From: Candidatus Scalinduaceae bacterium
Lineage (GTDB): Bacteria; Planctomycetota; Brocadiia; Brocadiales; Scalinduaceae
Assembly: GCA_046759445.1 (NCBI GenBank)
Contig: JBHICG010000008.1
Coordinates: 1-64,000, forward strand
Length of the DNA stretch: 64,000 bases
Reading direction: 5' to 3'
The position numbers and the translations under genes were made by a program. Numbering within the stretch: position 1 is the stretch's first letter; every line of letters begins with the position of its first letter. This document shows positions 21,191 to 29,344 of the stretch, piece by piece. A model generated the notes under the pieces. That model was not told the origin of the DNA. It ran no database searches and saw nothing but the letters and a program-made list of their open reading frames with translations.

Positions 21191-22348
21191 ATGAAGTTGT
21201 TCTTCACGAAATTTAAATTTATCTTTTTCGCACAATTGCCTTTTTTATTGATTTCTTTCTTTATATTCAATTTTGCAATCGATTCTGCCATACCACAAAT
21301 AGCAGATAGTCCACATCCTATGTTTTTGCATGACCTTAGACATTCAGGTCGCAGCCCATATCAAGGAACTCAAACGGATGGCTTAAAATGGAGTATCTTA
21401 ACAGGTGGTGAGATATGGTCGTCTCCCGTAATAGGCACTGATAATACTGTATATATTTCCAGTACCGATGGTAACCTTTTTGCCTTTAATTTAGATGGAA
21501 CGCTTAAATGGAATTATAAAACCGGGACAGAACTATTTAGTACCCCCGCAATCGACGCTGACGGTACAATTTATATAGGTGGTGCCAACAAGAAATTGTT
21601 TGCCGTTAAACCGGATGGTAAAATCAAGTGGGTTTACTTTATCGGTTCTGACATTCATTCCTCTCCTGCAATTAATAAGGATGGAACGATATATATAGGA
21701 GCTTGGGATGGCAAGCTTTATGCGATAAACAAGAATGGCACACTAAAATGGTCGTATAGGACAGGGGCAAACATATTATCTTCTTCTCCTGCTATTGGGG
21801 ATGACGGGACAATATATATCGGTTCATGGGATATGCGCCTATATGCTATAGGTTCTGATGGAATAATCAAATGGAGTTTTTTAACAAATTCCAAGATTGA
21901 CTCTTCCCCATCTATTAGCGATAGGGGGGTTGTATACTTTGGTTCAAATGATGGAACATTATATGCAATTGATTCTAATAATAAAGGAAAACTGAATTGG
22001 AAATACGTTATCGGTTCACGAATACATTCTACACCTTCCATAGGCCCTGATGGTATTATATATGTTGGTACGAGGGATGGAAAACTTTATGCTATTAAAC
22101 CAGATGGAACGTTGAAATGGTCATATGATACAGGTGATACTATTACGTCATCTGCCACCATAAGTTCTGACGGAACGATTTTCATAGGTTCATGGAATGG
22201 AAAGTTCTATGCTATTAACCCTGACGGTACACTTAAATGGGAATATGTGTTAACAAAGCCAATCCTTTCATCACCTTCTATTGACTCAAATGGCACGGTA
22301 TACATAGGTTGTACAGATTGGAAACTATACGCATTTGGGGAAAAATGA
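21191..22348 (+). CDS. PQQ-like beta-propeller repeat secreted/surface protein
   Basis: N-terminal hydrophobic segment; about 8 repeats of SSPAI..DGTIYIGS.DG.LYAI..DG.LKW. Confidence 0.9.
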   Translation: MKLFFTKFKFIFFAQLPFLLISFFIFNFAIDSAIPQIADSPHPMFLHDLRHSGRSPYQGTQTDGLKWSILTGGEIWSSPVIGTDNTVYISSTDGNLFAFNLDGTLKWNYKTGTELFSTPAIDADGTIYIGGANKKLFAVKPDGKIKWVYFIGSDIHSSPAINKDGTIYIGAWDGKLYAINKNGTLKWSYRTGANILSSSPAIGDDGTIYIGSWDMRLYAIGSDGIIKWSFLTNSKIDSSPSISDRGVVYFGSNDGTLYAIDSNNKGKLNWKYVIGSRIHSTPSIGPDGIIYVGTRDGKLYAIKPDGTLKWSYDTGDTITSSATISSDGTIFIGSWNGKFYAINPDGTLKWEYVLTKPILSSPSIDSNGTVYIGCTDWKLYAFGEK

Positions 22349-22354
22349 GATAAA

Positions 22355-23503
22355 CTATTTGCGGCTATCCGCAATTTTTTTTAGACACTTAATAGTTTCT
22401 TCAATATCTTCCATAGTGTTAAAAAAACCTGGACTTATCCTTATTGTTCCTTCTGGAAATGTTCCGATCTCCTGATGTGAAAAGGGAGCACAGTGCAAGC
22501 CAGGCCTCATTGCAACATCAAATGTATTATCCAGAATAGCAGCAACATCATTAGGTTTTAGTCCCTTAATGTTTATGGATACAATCCCTACCTTCCTTTT
22601 TTCATCCAGGCTACCATATATCTTAAATCTATTATCAGATTCTAATGCCTTTATTAACCTGAATGTAAGTTGAAGTTCGTGTTGTCTTATTGCGTCTATC
22701 CCTTTCTTAATACAAAACTCGATACCCGTTCTCAATCCGACTATTCCGACTGAGTTGGGAGTTCCACTCTCCAGATTGAAAGGGAAATTGTCAGGCTGTG
22801 AAAGCGATTCAGGCTCAAATCCAGTGCCACCTTCTCTCCATGCCCGTAGCTTTACCATCTCTCCCACACATAATCCGCCTGTTCCGGGTGGGCCAAGAGG
22901 TCCCTTATGCCCCGTGAATGCGAGCATATCGATATGTTGCTCCTCAACATCAATATGACAAACACCTGCAGTTTGAGCGGCATCAACCATAAATATAATT
23001 TCTCCTTCACGGGCTATTTTTCCTATTTCCTCAATTGGTTGAATAGTGCCCAAAACATTAGAGGCATGAGTAAGAACTATTAATTTCGTATTTGGCTTAA
23101 TGGCTTTTCTTACATCATCTGGACTAATAAAACCATCACCTGTATTTTCCACCATTGTTACGGTAATTACATTATCTTTTTCCAAACCATTCAAAGGCCT
23201 TAATACGGAGTTATGTTCAAGATTGCTTGTTATTACGTGGTCGCCTATGCACAATAATCCCTTTATGCCCATATTAATCGCATCTGTAGCATTGAATGTA
23301 AAGATCATTCGGTCAGGGTCTTTTACGCCAAGGAACCTCGCCAGTAATATCCTGGCATTCTCGATCTCTTGCTCTGCGGCGACTGACATACGATGCCCTG
23401 CGCGTCCTGGATTAGCCCCCATCTCTCTCAGGAATTTATCCATTGCATCATAAACACATTCAGGCTTTGGAAACGTAGTGGCCGCATTGTCTAGATATAT
23501 CAT
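22355..23503 (-). CDS. Cysteine desulfurase-family (class V PLP) enzyme
   Basis: MIYLDNAATT, HASNVLG, VDAAQTAG, FTGHKG, RPGLHCAP. ATG at 23503 preferred as start. Confidence 0.9.
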   Translation of the reverse strand: MIYLDNAATTFPKPECVYDAMDKFLREMGANPGRAGHRMSVAAEQEIENARILLARFLGVKDPDRMIFTFNATDAINMGIKGLLCIGDHVITSNLEHNSVLRPLNGLEKDNVITVTMVENTGDGFISPDDVRKAIKPNTKLIVLTHASNVLGTIQPIEEIGKIAREGEIIFMVDAAQTAGVCHIDVEEQHIDMLAFTGHKGPLGPPGTGGLCVGEMVKLRAWREGGTGFEPESLSQPDNFPFNLESGTPNSVGIVGLRTGIEFCIKKGIDAIRQHELQLTFRLIKALESDNRFKIYGSLDEKRKVGIVSINIKGLKPNDVAAILDNTFDVAMRPGLHCAPFSHQEIGTFPEGTIRISPGFFNTMEDIEETIKCLKKIADSRK

Positions 23504-23553
23504 AAAAACAATTATATCACTCAATCAACTATGTCCAAAACAAATACTTTTAA

Positions 23554-23721
23554 CCAACATTGTCCGGTTAGATTTTTGCGTGTTTAATTTGTTGTCCCCA
23601 AAGCTGTCATTCCCGCATGTTTTTAGCGGGAATCTAGGATGAATGAACCTCTAGTTACCCGACAAAAGCGTTCGAGTATGACAAAACCCGCTCACGCAAA
23701 AACCTAATCGGACAATGCTGG
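23554..23721. mobile_element. 168-bp MITE with internal REP-like hairpin
   Basis: ~29-bp imperfect TIR (CCAACATTGTCCGGTTAGATTTTTGCGTG / CACGCAAAAACCTAATCGGACAATGCTGG), with CTTTTAA on both flanks. Confidence 0.7.
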
Positions 23722-23727
23722 CTTTTA

Positions 23728-23886
23728 ACCTAAATTGAGCGATTTTATATTATATGCCATTGTAGCCGCAGTGCTTAAGTCCCGTAGATATTAGCAACGG
23801 GATAAGCCTGCGTTTCTCATCATTTGATGGATCCTTGTAAGTCACGCAACCTCAAGGTTGCGGCTACAAAATCGCTCAATTTAGGT
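23728..23886. mobile_element. 159-bp MITE, copy 2
   Basis: Perfect 19-bp TIR; TTA duplication on both sides. Confidence 0.87.
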
Positions 23887-24039
23887 TTAAGATAGTATAT
23901 TTTTAAAGCAAACAGCAACATAAATCTTGAATGAATTCAATTTGTCAATTGTCGGCAACAGCAGTTCCCAACATACTAAACTATAAAATAGCTCCTTATT
24001 TATGCTGAGTGTAGAGAGTAGGGAGGAATATAATAGGGA

Positions 24040-24404
24040 GCTGTCCCAAAACTGTCTGGCACAAAAAATGTATGTGCTCAAGAAGGCATCATTTTAGTAG
24101 TTTTAGTAGGATTTTAGGATGTCAATCTGAAAGGAGTGGAGGTCTTTATCTGTCGTTCTGATCGAACCCAAGGGAGAGAAGAATCTAATTGTATATTTCA
24201 GGAGAAAATCCAATGCCGAAGAAACTTGCTCAGGGCTTGTCCTTGAGCGAAGCGAAGGAATAAACTCTGTGAAGAATCTCGGCTTTGAAACCATAGATTC
24301 TTTCCACGCTGATTTCTTGCGAAAGCAAGAAGCGGGGTCAGAATAACAAATTCAATGATTTATTGCTACTCTCAAAACATCGTGCCGAACAGTATTGGGA
24401 CAGC
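24040..24404. mobile_element. Degenerate inverted-repeat-bounded element packed with REP-like motifs
   Basis: Ends GCTGTCCCAAAACTGTCTGGCAC / GTGCCGAACAGTATTGGGACAGC; internal GAGCGAAGCGAAGG and AAGAATCT motifs. Confidence 0.5.
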
Positions 24405-24411
24405 GACCGTT

Positions 24412-24600
24412 TTAATTTTTGCGCGGCCTTCCCCATGGTAGCGCCCTCCTGCCTGTCGGCAGACAGGTAGCCTTCTCCCAAATAACCTCTCAAGCTTCTT
24501 CATAAATCTATCATCACCAAATGGTCTTCCCGTCATCGAACACTTCCTTATGTTTCTTATGATTTGCTCATCTTCTTTTGATTGAAATTCTGTAAGAGCA
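24412..24600 (-). pseudogene. C-terminal remnant of a REP-associated tyrosine transposase (RAYT-like)
   Basis: EDEQIIRNIRKCSMTGRPFGDDRFMKKLERLFGRRL[20-bp insert]RALPWGRPRKN*, typical of a RAYT C-terminus. Confidence 0.6.
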
Positions 24601-24871
24601 CTATCTTGGCGCGATTACCATACCTTGATTGTAAATGGAAGGCGGGCAATTAGTGAATTGCCATAAGCCTTCCGCTACATTTCTCCTGTCTCATTTTATC
24701 GCTTGCTATACGAGACATTGCTCCCATTATTCGCAATTTCATAGATTTCCACGGGTTTACACTCGTGGTGCTTGCCTCAACAAGCTACTGCCTGTCCCGA
24801 CAAGCCGGGAACTTGCTCTCATCCCTACCTTTGCAGGCGTTGAGTTCCAGCTGAATTAAATATCGGATAAA

Positions 24872-25903
24872 CTACATACCAATATATTTTGAATATAAAC
24901 TTTTTGCGATGCTTGCATCGCTTGTGCCCGTGATTATGGCTCTGCCATCAGGAAACACCGTAAAATCATGGTCTTTAATCTTAAACTTTAACATAAAGTC
25001 ATTATAACTAATATCTGCTATGGGTCTTAATCTTTGTGCTAATTGTTTAAAATTTATCTTTCCGATATTACGGTACATTACCTGTACAGCATTTTTACCA
25101 CAGAGAAGAGTCGTCAATACTCCGTCCTTTGCATCTAAGAACTCATAATTATGTGTTTTACATGTTGGACAATTGTTTAACCTTTTCAAATCACTGACAT
25201 CTAATTGCTTAAATTTTGTATCCCACACGTCAACTTTTAAAAGTGTCTTACGTAGGGATTTAAAATCCCTGGTCAAAATCTTTATTGCCTCCGTTACTTG
25301 AATTGACGCTATAATACTCGCAATTGTCCCAATTATCCCGGCAGAATCGCATGTTGGAAACGTGCCCATTTGAGGCAATGTTTCAAAAATACACCTTAAG
25401 CAGGGAGTCTTAGAAGGTATAATATTCATTGTCAAACCCTTGCTCTCTATACAAGCCCCATATATCCACGGGATGTTGTCTTTTACACAGATGTCGTTAA
25501 CCAGAAATCTGGTTTCAAAATTATCAGTACCATCCAGAATTATGTCAGCTCCTTTGGTCAACTCTTCTATGTTAGCGTAATTGACATCAGCAACAATTCC
25601 TTCAATGTTGATTTTCGTATTTATCTTTTGAAGTTTTTTCTGTGCAGCTATTGCTTTTGGAAGATTCTCTTTGATATCGACTTCATCAAAGAGTATTTGC
25701 CGTTGTAAATTATTTTCTTCTATAAAGTCCCTATCAATAATCTTTATGTGGCCGACTCCTGCCCGTGTAAGGTAACTCGAAGATACACTCCCAAGCGCTC
25801 CACAGCCTATTACAACAGCATTGCTTTTAGTCAATTCTCTTTGACGCTCTGTTCCTATATGGCGTAAGAGTATCTGGCGTGAATATCTATCGAGTGTTTG
25901 CAT
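24872..25903 (-). CDS. ThiF/MoeB-family adenylyltransferase
   Basis: RYSRQI, IGCGALG, NLQRQ, DGTDNF, PCLRC and CPTC. Confidence 0.92.
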   Translation of the reverse strand: MQTLDRYSRQILLRHIGTERQRELTKSNAVVIGCGALGSVSSSYLTRAGVGHIKIIDRDFIEENNLQRQILFDEVDIKENLPKAIAAQKKLQKINTKINIEGIVADVNYANIEELTKGADIILDGTDNFETRFLVNDICVKDNIPWIYGACIESKGLTMNIIPSKTPCLRCIFETLPQMGTFPTCDSAGIIGTIASIIASIQVTEAIKILTRDFKSLRKTLLKVDVWDTKFKQLDVSDLKRLNNCPTCKTHNYEFLDAKDGVLTTLLCGKNAVQVMYRNIGKINFKQLAQRLRPIADISYNDFMLKFKIKDHDFTVFPDGRAIITGTSDASIAKSLYSKYIGM

Positions 25904-25944
25904 CTTCGTTTACCTAAATAACCTGAAATAGAAAAAGGGAATGC

Positions 25945-25985
25945 AAAAAAAAAGCTTGCAGTTAGATTTAACCGCAAGCTTCTTT
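25945..25985 (-). terminator. Rho-independent terminator after the 27876-26178 operon
   Basis: Stem AAGCTTGCAGTTA / TAACCGCAAGCTT next to an A-run on the + strand, i.e. a U-tract on the minus strand. Confidence 0.65.
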
Positions 25986-26003
25986 GAAAAACATTAAACT
26001 CTT

Positions 26004-26162
26004 ACCTAAATTGAGTGATTTTATATTATATGCCATTGTAGCCGCAGTGCTTAAGTCCCGTAGATATTAGCAACGGGATAAGCCTGCGTTTCTCATCATT
26101 TGATGGATCCTCGTAAGTCACGCAACCTAAAGGTTGCGGCTACAAAATCGCTCAATTTAGGT
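26004..26162. mobile_element. 159-bp MITE, copy 3
   Basis: Same TIR with one mismatch; CTT duplication on both sides. Confidence 0.87.
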
Positions 26163-26177
26163 CTTAATAACTGTAAG

Positions 26178-26849
26178 TTATTCTGAAATCTCATAAGTGC
26201 TTAAGCACTCTGAATCCCCGAAGGCGATAGCCTTTTCTCTCGTGTACTTTATTTTTGGGTTTACGCCTTCACCAAAACCGGCAATCCATGAGGTTACCAG
26301 CTCACACATGGTCTCAAATGACGCACCAGCTTCCTTCCAATATGATTCATGAATGCAATCAGTATGATCCCATGTGGTACGAGCGTCTGATTCAGTTTGA
26401 ACCTGAGCGCCTCTGTCACAAGGCATCCCATCACATAAATTGCCTGATAACAATTCAAACGCTCTAGATGTAGTGCAACCATTTTCACCGCTTTCCTGTA
26501 CAGCCTTTTTACCGCACTCCACACCGTGATCGTGAGCGGCTTTTATGGCTAAGTTTTTTGCCTCGTCTCCATACTTTTCACAAAAAGCGGCAATTGTTGC
26601 AGCTTCTCTGGTTTCAGCTTTAACGATCAAATCTTGTATTCCCTGATGAATTGCCACGTTTTCAAGTAATTCCTCCAGAGGCGTATCCGGGTTTGATTGT
26701 GGATATTCTTCATAGACTTTATTTAAAACATCATCTGCCGTTTGACCGTATTTTTCTTTAAATGCATCTACAATGAAAGCTTCCCTTGCTTCAGTTGTCT
26801 TAATTTTTTTGTGCATCCAATGGTGAACAGGACCAAGTACCAAACTCAT
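26178..26849 (-). CDS. Conserved hypothetical protein, Cys/His-rich, C-terminal V4R/ATC-hydrolase-like fold
   Basis: MSLVLGPVHHWMHKKI N-terminus, CDGMPCD, and a C-terminal IAFGDSEC motif. Confidence 0.7.
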   Translation of the reverse strand: MSLVLGPVHHWMHKKIKTTEAREAFIVDAFKEKYGQTADDVLNKVYEEYPQSNPDTPLEELLENVAIHQGIQDLIVKAETREAATIAAFCEKYGDEAKNLAIKAAHDHGVECGKKAVQESGENGCTTSRAFELLSGNLCDGMPCDRGAQVQTESDARTTWDHTDCIHESYWKEAGASFETMCELVTSWIAGFGEGVNPKIKYTREKAIAFGDSECLSTYEISE

Positions 26850-26889
26850 TGTAACTTATCTCCTAAAAAATTAACGTTTTAAATTCAGA

Positions 26890-27120
26890 TTACACGGCTT
26901 CTACTTCCTGTATTTCAGGGACGTCCTCCTTAACCTTGACCTCTATTCCCTGTTTAAGGGTCATAAGGGCACTAGGACACGTTCCACAGGCTCCCTGCAG
27001 TCTTACCTTTACTATGCCATTTTCTATATCAACAAGTTCTACGTTTCCACCATCAGCCATCAAAGCAGGCCTTATTGAATCCAGAGATTTTTCTACTCTT
27101 TCCTTTAAGTCAGCAGACAT
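26890..27120 (-). CDS. NifU C-terminal (Nfu) Fe-S scaffold protein
   Basis: IRPALMADGGNVELV...LQGACGTCPS...TLKQGIE. Confidence 0.92.
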   Translation of the reverse strand: MSADLKERVEKSLDSIRPALMADGGNVELVDIENGIVKVRLQGACGTCPSALMTLKQGIEVKVKEDVPEIQEVEAV

Positions 27121-27197
27121 TGTTAATACTCCTTAAAAAAAACAAATTTGCTAAATTAAAAACTTTTCCTATTAGAGAAAGTTAACGAAAAAGCTAC

Positions 27198-27428
27198 TTA
27201 TTCCTCCCTCTTCTTTTTTATTGCCTCATTCAGCTCTTCGATGATCTTTTCAGGAGTAGTATTATGCATCATAGCGCCAAAAGCTATATCTTCCGTCTTT
27301 GAACCAGGACAAGTAAAACAACCGGAACCAAAATACTTTTGAAAAACCGGTTCTGTCTCAGGATATTTCGTAAAAACCTCTCCAATACTTGATTTTTTTG
27401 TTATTTTAAAGTCTTCTTCTTCACTCAT
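27198..27428 (-). CDS. DUF1858 domain protein
   Basis: ITK...IGEV..KYPET..VF...GCFTCPG...E.I..GA..H. Confidence 0.8.
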   Translation of the reverse strand: MSEEEDFKITKKSSIGEVFTKYPETEPVFQKYFGSGCFTCPGSKTEDIAFGAMMHNTTPEKIIEELNEAIKKKREE

Positions 27429-27453
27429 TAGTTTATGACCTCACGTTTTAAGT

Positions 27454-27876
27454 TCACGCCTCTTCTTTAGGCTTTTTAATACTTACCAAAATGTTAATTA
27501 CAAACATAAATATTCCTATTGCATTCAATACCGCAAAGACCTGCTCCGGTATCTTACTAAATTCATATCTGTCAAGTCCCCACGTGCTTACAAGGCCGAT
27601 TAAAGCCACATTTGCCACCCAGAAATGAACAACAGCCAGCTTTGGAAAGGCCACAGGGTTACCGTTAAATCTTGGCAATATATGGTATCCTACTCCGTAA
27701 ATCATCATAGACATCCATCCCAACAACATTAAATGGGTATGTGCATGAAGTAACTGAATAGAGTTGTTCTTGATAAACAAATAATGATCAGTAAACATAA
27801 ATTGAGTGCCTATAACCGCTGCAATTGCAAAATATATTACACTCATACGAATAAAATTCTTAGAAACCGGATCCAA
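27454..27876 (-). CDS. 4-TM membrane protein, heme-copper oxidase subunit I-like fragment family
   Basis: AHTHLMLLGW...YGVGYHILPRF...HFW. Confidence 0.75.
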   Translation of the reverse strand: MDPVSKNFIRMSVIYFAIAAVIGTQFMFTDHYLFIKNNSIQLLHAHTHLMLLGWMSMMIYGVGYHILPRFNGNPVAFPKLAVVHFWVANVALIGLVSTWGLDRYEFSKIPEQVFAVLNAIGIFMFVINILVSIKKPKEEA

Positions 27877-28138
27877 TATTACCCTCCTTGATTTATAATG
27901 TAAGATATTAACAAGATAGTATTTAAAAATTATCCAAAAAACTAACTTTTGTCAATAAAAAAACTAAACTTGCTATAAATTATTAAGTCCATATATGTCA
28001 TTCCTTTCGCATTTCGTGTATATCATTGCATTTTAAATGCCTCCTTGTTACCCTTTATAAAAGTTATAGCGACGTAGATATGGTGTTATTTGGAAAGAAT
28101 CCTTTATAGTTTTAAGAATAGAGATATATTACTAATAA

Positions 28139-29116
28139 ATGAATCTTAAACAGGTATTATTAGGTGATATTGACGTTTCTTCAGAAAGGCATGACAAGTT
28201 TTTGTTTAATTACGGACGGGACTTAAATGAAATAGTGGATTCGATAAGCAAAGTGGGGCTTATAAATCCTGTGATATTAACAAAATACAGGGGTTCCGAT
28301 GAAAAGTTTAACATCGTATGTGGCTATCAACGTGTTATGGCTTTTCAGAAATTGGGGAAAAAGGTAATCGAAGCAAAGGTATTGGAAGGGCCTACTGATG
28401 AAGGACTTTTCTTATTAAGTCTTAATGACAATTTGTTCTCAAGAGTTTTTAATGAAATAGAAAAGGCAATCGTTGCAAAGAAGTTTCTAGATATAGGCTA
28501 TTCTTATGAGAGATTGATGTCTGAAATAGCTCCCCTTCTCGGTATGCCACCAAATAAGAAAATAGTAGATAAATACCTTTCTCTTTTGAACCTTGATAAG
28601 GAAATAAAAGACTCAGTAGCCAGAAACCAACTAGAACTGGAAAATGCCTTTCTTCTTATATCCCTTGGGAATGAAGAGAGAAAATCCGTTTACGTAATTC
28701 TATTCAAGGAATCCAGCACTAACGTAAATGAGGCAAGGGATACAATCAGAAACCTGCTAGACCTTAAACGGCTAGAACAAAAAGGCATAAAAGAACTGCT
28801 ATCATCAAAAGAGATTACCAATATTCTATCGGATAAAAAGTTCAATAAAAGACAAAAGGGAGAAAAGATTTATAAATTAATAAAGTCTATGCGCTACCCT
28901 GCAATTAGCAAAAAGGAAGAGGAGTTCTCTGAATCATGCAAGAAATTAGGCATCGACAATAACGTACGTATAACTCACTCCAGATTTTTTGAAGGAAACG
29001 ATATCCAGATAACCATAAAGGCCTCGGAAGAGAAAAAATTAAAGATAGACTTGGAAAAACTCCTCTTAAATGTAAAGAGTGGTGCATTTAAAAGAATCTT
29101 TTCTATTTTCAGATAA
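28139..29116 (+). CDS. ParB N-terminal domain protein
   Basis: SISKVGLINPV...IVCGYQRV...FNEIEKA. Confidence 0.8.
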   Translation: MNLKQVLLGDIDVSSERHDKFLFNYGRDLNEIVDSISKVGLINPVILTKYRGSDEKFNIVCGYQRVMAFQKLGKKVIEAKVLEGPTDEGLFLLSLNDNLFSRVFNEIEKAIVAKKFLDIGYSYERLMSEIAPLLGMPPNKKIVDKYLSLLNLDKEIKDSVARNQLELENAFLLISLGNEERKSVYVILFKESSTNVNEARDTIRNLLDLKRLEQKGIKELLSSKEITNILSDKKFNKRQKGEKIYKLIKSMRYPAISKKEEEFSESCKKLGIDNNVRITHSRFFEGNDIQITIKASEEKKLKIDLEKLLLNVKSGAFKRIFSIFR

Positions 29117-29129
29117 ATTAGTCCACTCC

Positions 29130-29149
29130 CTACCTGTCGGCAGACAGGC
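29130..29149. repeat. 20-bp palindromic REP-like unit
   Basis: CCTACCTGTCGGCAGACAGG; one mismatch to the copy at 24448-24467. Confidence 0.6.
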
Positions 29150-29213
29150 GTTCACTAATTTATGGCATTTTGCGGAGCAAAATGAAATTAATCTTAATAT
29201 ATATGTCATCTCC

Positions 29214-29281
29214 GTAGGGTGGGCAGTGCCCACCATAAAAATAATAATGCTAAAAGAAATGGTGGATGGTACCCACCCTAC
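29214..29281. repeat. GTAG-type REP doublet (REPIN)
   Basis: GTAGGGTGGGCAGTGCCCACC ... GGTGGATGGTACCCACCCTAC inverted pair. Confidence 0.7.
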
Positions 29282-29344
29282 AAGATCTATAAAATATTTG
29301 CATCATGATTTAATATTAACAATTTGTATTGGGAGATACAATAT

